Of a stretch of 64,000 bases of DNA, positions 58,428 through 64,000 are shown piece by piece. Within the stretch, counting starts at the first letter, position 1. Each line of letters opens with the position of its first letter. The stretch lies in assembly GCF_000143415.4 (NCBI RefSeq), contig NW_003314293.1:372001-436000 (forward strand), in the 5' to 3' direction. This DNA is from Selaginella moellendorffii (Eukaryota; Plantae; Lycopodiophyta). A program made the translations under genes and the position numbers. Below the pieces are notes generated by a model. It had not been told where the DNA came from. It searched no databases and saw only the letters and a program-made list of their open reading frames with translations.

Positions 58428-58964
58428 ATGGCGGCAGGACTGAAAAGCAGCAGCGTTCCGTTTCACGCTCTGGGTGTGAATTCCAGCGCCAGAAAGGCAG
58501 CTCCGTCGAGCAAAGGTGTCAGAGCATACAGGGACTCGAAGTATGAAGCCAAAGGTTCTCAAGTTCTCGCTCTCCCGAATGGAGTGCACAGCATGAAGTC
58601 CGACAGAAGCTCTCGGGGGAATCACTTTCAAGCTCTCGAGACATCTCCCAGTGGCACGCAAGCTATCCAACACTCTCGCAGCGATTCCCAAGTTCTCGAC
58701 TTGATCAACTCCACAGCAGCGAGATCTCGTCCTTGGTGGAGTCCTCTTTTCGATTTCTCCAGAGAGGTCTACGACTTGGATGCTTCTACTGACGAGATTG
58801 GCGATGAGATTCAAGCAGGGAAAGCTCCGAGCCGGGAAGTTCCGCTAGAACCAGAAGAGAAATTCAAGCTGCTAAGATCTCAGCTCCGGGAATCTGAGAG
58901 CTGGCACGACACCATGTATCACTCGGCCATAGCTTCACGCCTCGCAACTAGAGCTCGAAATTGA
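58428..58964 (+). CDS. Small conserved plant protein of unknown function (WWxPLF ... HDxMYHSAIASRLA family)
   Basis: Intronless 178-aa ORF. The two motifs match my recollection of a conserved land-plant uncharacterised family. Confidence 0.7.
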   Translation: MAAGLKSSSVPFHALGVNSSARKAAPSSKGVRAYRDSKYEAKGSQVLALPNGVHSMKSDRSSRGNHFQALETSPSGTQAIQHSRSDSQVLDLINSTAARSRPWWSPLFDFSREVYDLDASTDEIGDEIQAGKAPSREVPLEPEEKFKLLRSQLRESESWHDTMYHSAIASRLATRARN

Positions 58965-59098
58965 GCTCGAGATTGATAGATAAAATCGATCGCATTCTTT
59001 GTTTTAATTCTTTTGCAAGTGTACATACACGATGATGGATACTACAACATATCGCCTTTGGGCGTTTACAAATGTGTGTGTTCGTTGCGTTGTTTTTG

Positions 59099-60822
59099 CT
59101 ATGGCTGCTTTACTCTCACTCTCCTTCCAGTACCGTCGGTTCCATCCGCCAAGTGTGTCCATACGGACCTTCGTTTAGATCCGGGCCTTAGTTCGTCGTC
59201 GTCGCCTCCTTCCACTCCAGCCACTGTTCTTAGCAACTCCGATTGCAATGACGGGCAGCTCTCCTTCAAGTAGTCGAAGCCATCGCTTTGGATCACGGCT
59301 AGAAAGACGAAACGAAAAGAAACTTCAGTCGAAGAAGAGAAACAAAATGGAGATATCAAACCTGCCAAGTTGGAAGCGGCAAACTTGAGGCAAACTCTCT
59401 TGAGTTGCGTCGCATGGTGCTGCTCCGCTAGAGCTAGTGTCGTCGCCACTGTGTCTATGCTCACGTCCTCGCAGAGCTTTGCCTCGCAAACTATCCTCAG
59501 CCGGTCCAGTCCATAGCGATCAGCCGCGGCGAGCAAATGTTGAGCCATCATCGTAGAGGCCAAAGATGTTGACGAGTAAGAGCTCGAGGACAGCACCTCA
59601 CTCGCATCTGGAAGCGCATCCCTGTATATAAAGTAAAGCATTGCCTGGAGAAACGTCAATCAGTTCGAGGCTTAGAATCGCTTACATACCTCGAAAACCG
59701 GAGCCTTGATATCTTCCAGTTGTAACAACTTGACGTTGGAGTCACTGAGAGGCCCGTTGAGTTGCGCTCGAAAAACGGGAGATCGAGCCGCCAGGACCAT
59801 CTTGTGCGCGTGGAACACCTCTCCGTCCACCTCAAAAGTAATGTCCGATCCCTCTCCAGACTCCAAAAGTGCTCCAAAGTGGCGGCCAATGTCCGACTCT
59901 GGCACTGGCAGACTTTGCTGACGCAGAGCCTGCATTGACGAGACCACCACGCCAACAGTGCAGGTGATGGAAAGGCTATCATCTTTCAGATAATCCGAGG
60001 TCTCTAGCACCGCCCGGCGAAAAAAACGTTTATAGCCCCTGTAAGTCGAGAAAGCTTGACTTGAGTTAGAAATGTCAGGATGGGGATAAAAGAAAATTGA
60101 AAATCCTTGAGCTGGAATGCAAGAGAGAGTATTTCATGCCGGCCTTGTCAAAGACGCTATCCATTCCAACTTGGAGCTGGAAAATTCCCGTTGATCAATA
60201 CGTGCTAAGCAAGTGACTAATGCACAGACCCCAAGGAAAACGCAAGCAGTCGTCTACTGAAAACTTAAGTCACGCTACAATCGGCATAAAGTGCGCACAA
60301 CGCATAGAATCCAGACCCGACTGTCACAAGGAAGAAAACAAGCTAGCTAGCAAACCAAAGATCACGCAAGAACAAGAAAGAAAACCAAAGGAAAAGCGAA
60401 AGAATTACGTACCACATACTCCCTCGATACTTGAGAGTGTAAGGACCACTCTCGAGCGATCGATCAAAGTGGCTGTGAACCTTGTGCTTGTCTTTGCCAC
60501 TCTGATCCAAGAGCGTCAGCTCAAACAGCGCTCTCACGTCCGTGCCTTCGCTCGCGAGAGCTATAAACACCGAGACGTAGAGGGAGCTGTCCTCCGTGTT
60601 CTTGCCGTCTGGATAGAAGTAAACCGCCCACTGGTAATTCCCCACCGAGAAGGTGTTGCTAGAGATGTACTTGCCAACGCCCATCCCCTTGGCAAGGGAG
60701 TAGCCATTGATGGTGAAGTGATGCGAGCCATTCACAGTCTCGGTCACGGAGCGCGATCGCGAGGACGCGGCGATGGATGGATTGGCCGCGGCAGTGGCTC
60801 CCTCCTCCGGATCTCGTGCCAT
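59099..60822 (-). CDS. BPM: BTB/POZ-MATH domain protein (CUL3 substrate adaptor)
   Basis: MATH domain ([19 protein letters not shown]...YFYPDGK...GSMW|GYKRFF), BTB domain ([15 protein letters not shown]) and [11 protein letters not shown]. Confidence 0.95.
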
Positions 60823-63159
60823 GGACGAGAAATTTCACCCCCCGGATTCTTCACAACCGCATGGTGTTAAACCCTAGAGTACCTCGATCGATTGTCTCGC
60901 GCGTGCTCAAAATCCCTAGAAACGCGAGCCCTCGCGCGCACGCACGCGTTTCTTGCGCCGCCGTGCGTACGCCCTAAAACACATATATCTTTCTTAAAGG
61001 GGTGGTTTTATATTAATGTTTTAACAGAGAGTATATACTAGAGAATACATTTAGAGGGTAGGATCTTTTTATTGTGTTATTCGTAGGAAAAAGGGCTATA
61101 CTATGCAATATAAATTTTTAATGTCATCAATGCATGTTAATTATTTGAATTTCATTATATAGATCTTTTGATTAGGGTCATTATAATAATCATATGATGA
61201 GATTTTGTGAATCTCAAAAATAATCAATCTCAAAAATTAGGATAAAATAGCCATTAAGGTTTTATTAAGTAATTGCCCATTTTTTAATTGATTTAAGAGG
61301 AGAGAAATAAGGTGTGCTATATGTAGTATCAGAGTAAATGACATGAGTTTGATTCCTATTGATTAGTAGTTACTTAAAGAATATAATATACTTTTGAGCA
61401 AAATATAATTCTACCTTTAAATTTAAAATCATATGTATTGAGCATCCATGTATACATCCTTTCTTTTGTGGAGCATCCACAGATGAAAGTAGGACTATGG
61501 TACAAGAGCACCTATGGACAAAAGTAAAATTGTGGTATAAGTGGATGACTAATTGTTTCACTTGGAATAGTTAATTTACACAATAGAAAGATTAGTAAAT
61601 TTAATGTAGAAATGGAAGTGTTAGTTCTCCTTAGCTCAATAGGGGTTGTTAATCAATAGTCAATATCAAAAACTTACAATATAAAGGCCATATGGATAGT
61701 TTATGAATTTAAAAAATTATGGATTTTTCTTTGATGGTCAAAGAATTTTAGAAATCCCAAATAGGATTGCATTAGATATAGCCATGGATACCTATAGTGC
61801 CCATTAGATTTTGAGGAAATCCTTCAAGTATTTTATAAAGATCCATAGGAATATTTGATTTCACATACATAATATGCATTTTTATTTATAGAATATTCAA
61901 TTTCAGGTATAAAATATTCTTTTGAAACCAATATATGATGCCATATGGAATGTTTTACATACAATATAAACTTTTTTCACATAGCACCAATTTATGAATT
62001 ATATGCAATAGCATGTGGCCAATGTTCTCTCTGTTGGAATAAGTGGAAGTACAATTTTGGAGGTCAGACAAAATGGGTGTAGACCATACTTGAGGTCACG
62101 AGTTGAAGAGTTGAGCTCACGAGTTGAGCTCAATTTTCAATTGTAATTTAGTACAAACATTATAAATTTTAAAATTTTAAGGTTATGGTGAACCTAATAA
62201 TTTAATAACTCTCTATATATTATATAGATAAAAATGTTCTAAAGAACACTTTTTGTTCTAATAATTTAAATATTTACTACATGCAATGATAGGGACATTT
62301 GTTAGAACATAAAATAAAATGTTTGCAAAAAGAGTATTCTTGTCACTTCTTTAAATTTGTACTCTATGCTTTCTGGCTAGTAAATGTTAGGTTTGTCAGA
62401 ATTAAAAAATTATTAAATTTGAAATAAGATTCTATGTAAAGCCATATAACCATTTGAAAGGAAAAAAAAAACCGTTGATGTAAGCTTATTGCATATAAAA
62501 GAAAGACTTGGTTCTTTGTAGAATACATTCTTGAGGGGTTTGTCGTAGCATACTGTCTAGAATTTATAGATTTTCATTCACACTCTCATTCGAAAAAAGG
62601 GAAATACACCCACAAATGTCTATGGGTTCTAGTGTTGGTAATTTTAACTTTCACAATCTTTCTTCCTAGGGTTCAAAGGCTAAGAGATGCAATAACTATC
62701 CTATTGCACAGCATAACCAAATCACACAAACGAATGAAAGAAAGGATAGTGAAGATAGTGATCATGAGTTGGAAATAAATGCAATGACAGAGGGTGCAAC
62801 AAATTGGGTGAAAAAGAATACCCTCTTACTTGTTTTAGAAAAGTGCAATTCTGCCACTTTCAAGAAGTGCCCCATATGTTTTCTAGCGTCTGGTGGAAAC
62901 AATGGCAATGATCAGTATGATGGTATATATGCTCTTGCGACACATTGCAACATCACGCACCCGAAAGACTACCATGAAATCTTTTTTGAGATGGTAAAGA
63001 CAGAAATGGAGACACACGAGTACTATAGGCAGTATTGCGAGAAGAACACTCGGAAGCATATAAAATGAAAAGTGAAATGAAAAAGCATATTTTTATTAAT
63101 TATATAAAGTATAATAAGTTTTATTGATAGAGAATAAACATTGATAGTGTTGGAGAAAT

Positions 63160-64000
63160 CTAATTAGCTCCAAAAGTTTTTTGCAACTTAGCAATAGTAA
63201 GGCTTGTTTGGTGTATATGAATATCCACTTTAGGATCCTGGTGCAAAATGTTGATGAAGATGTAGTACATATGCTTGCAAGGAGCATATGCCTTCCTATG
63301 TTCCTCGCGCTTCATAAAGTCTGGACATGTGCAAGAAGGAAAGTTGTGAATGGCAATTGTGTACTCTCCACCTTCTGTTTTGACTGTGTACTCCTTTGCA
63401 AGTGTAGTGATGTACTTCGTGGAGAGAATTTCACACTCAAGTGTTTGAGCCAAGTTTATTTTACCTTGCTTTTGCTTTGAGACGGTACCATTAAATTTAA
63501 CTACCTTACCTTTTCGTGTTGGCCTCCTGTGCATCTCTATAGAAATAATCCTGCTCCTGTCACTCATGTTTCCAACTCTCCTCTCAAGATTAAAACCAGA
63601 TTTCTCAAGTTTTTCAATCTCATCTGAGGTGAGCGCGACCCCATTAGCAACCGGCCATTCTTTAGGTACTGCATCAGGTTTAGTCACTATAGTGTCTTCA
63701 AGCCGCTTCGTATGGTTGGCGTCAGTGTTGCAACAATATAGCCAGCACCATCTTGAAAATCCTGCTTGCTTTCGTTCCCTATAGAAACATGGGGTTGGAA
63801 CAGAAGCCGATTTTTCACCACGAATCCAAGCCCAACATTTGCCCCTCGGAAGCATCCCCACACACCTTACATTCGATTTTGCTAGCACGCGTCAGATTGC
63901 CCATTGCTTCGGCTCCATGCTACGGTAAGCAATTTCAACATGTTGCAATGCACTCTCTTCATCAGCCACTTGAGGTGGCTCGGTCTGAGAGCGGTGTCTT
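63160..64000 (-). CDS. SWIM zinc-finger protein, partial (possibly transposon-derived)
   Basis: YTIAIHNFPSCTCPDF...PCKHMYYI is a CxC...CxH SWIM motif. An extra Cys/His cluster lies upstream, and the 5' part extends toward the window end. Confidence 0.65.

Overview
Eukaryotic land-plant nuclear DNA. It is gene-dense, with very short (45-65 nt) GT-AG introns, PLS-class PPR genes and telo-boxes, which best fits a compact lycophyte genome such as Selaginella (inference). The first 17.4 kb is an accessory block. It holds a truncated, frameshifted duplicate of the PPR gene at 19.3-21.2 kb, a decayed Gypsy pol relic and an atypical kinase-like pseudogene. It also holds two full-length copies of one non-chromodomain Ty3/Gypsy family (175-bp LTRs, tRNA-Ala PBS, 4-bp TSDs, gag/pol joined by a GGGAAAC -1 frameshift site plus pseudoknot), inserted tail-to-tail. 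The second copy carries a nested tandem Cassandra TRIM whose LTRs contain 5S rRNA sequence. The rest is host genes: a YVH1/DUSP12-like phosphatase, a PLS-E PPR, aconitase, two adjacent giant (>2,200 aa) acidic repetitive proteins, four NFD6/NOXY2-like small mitochondrial genes, a DOG1-domain gene, a GIL1/IRKI-like gene, an apparent trihelix-AAA ATPase fusion with degenerate catalytic residues, TAF13, a small conserved plant protein, a BTB-MATH gene and a partial SWIM-finger ORF. All family assignments come from motif recognition; no searches were run.
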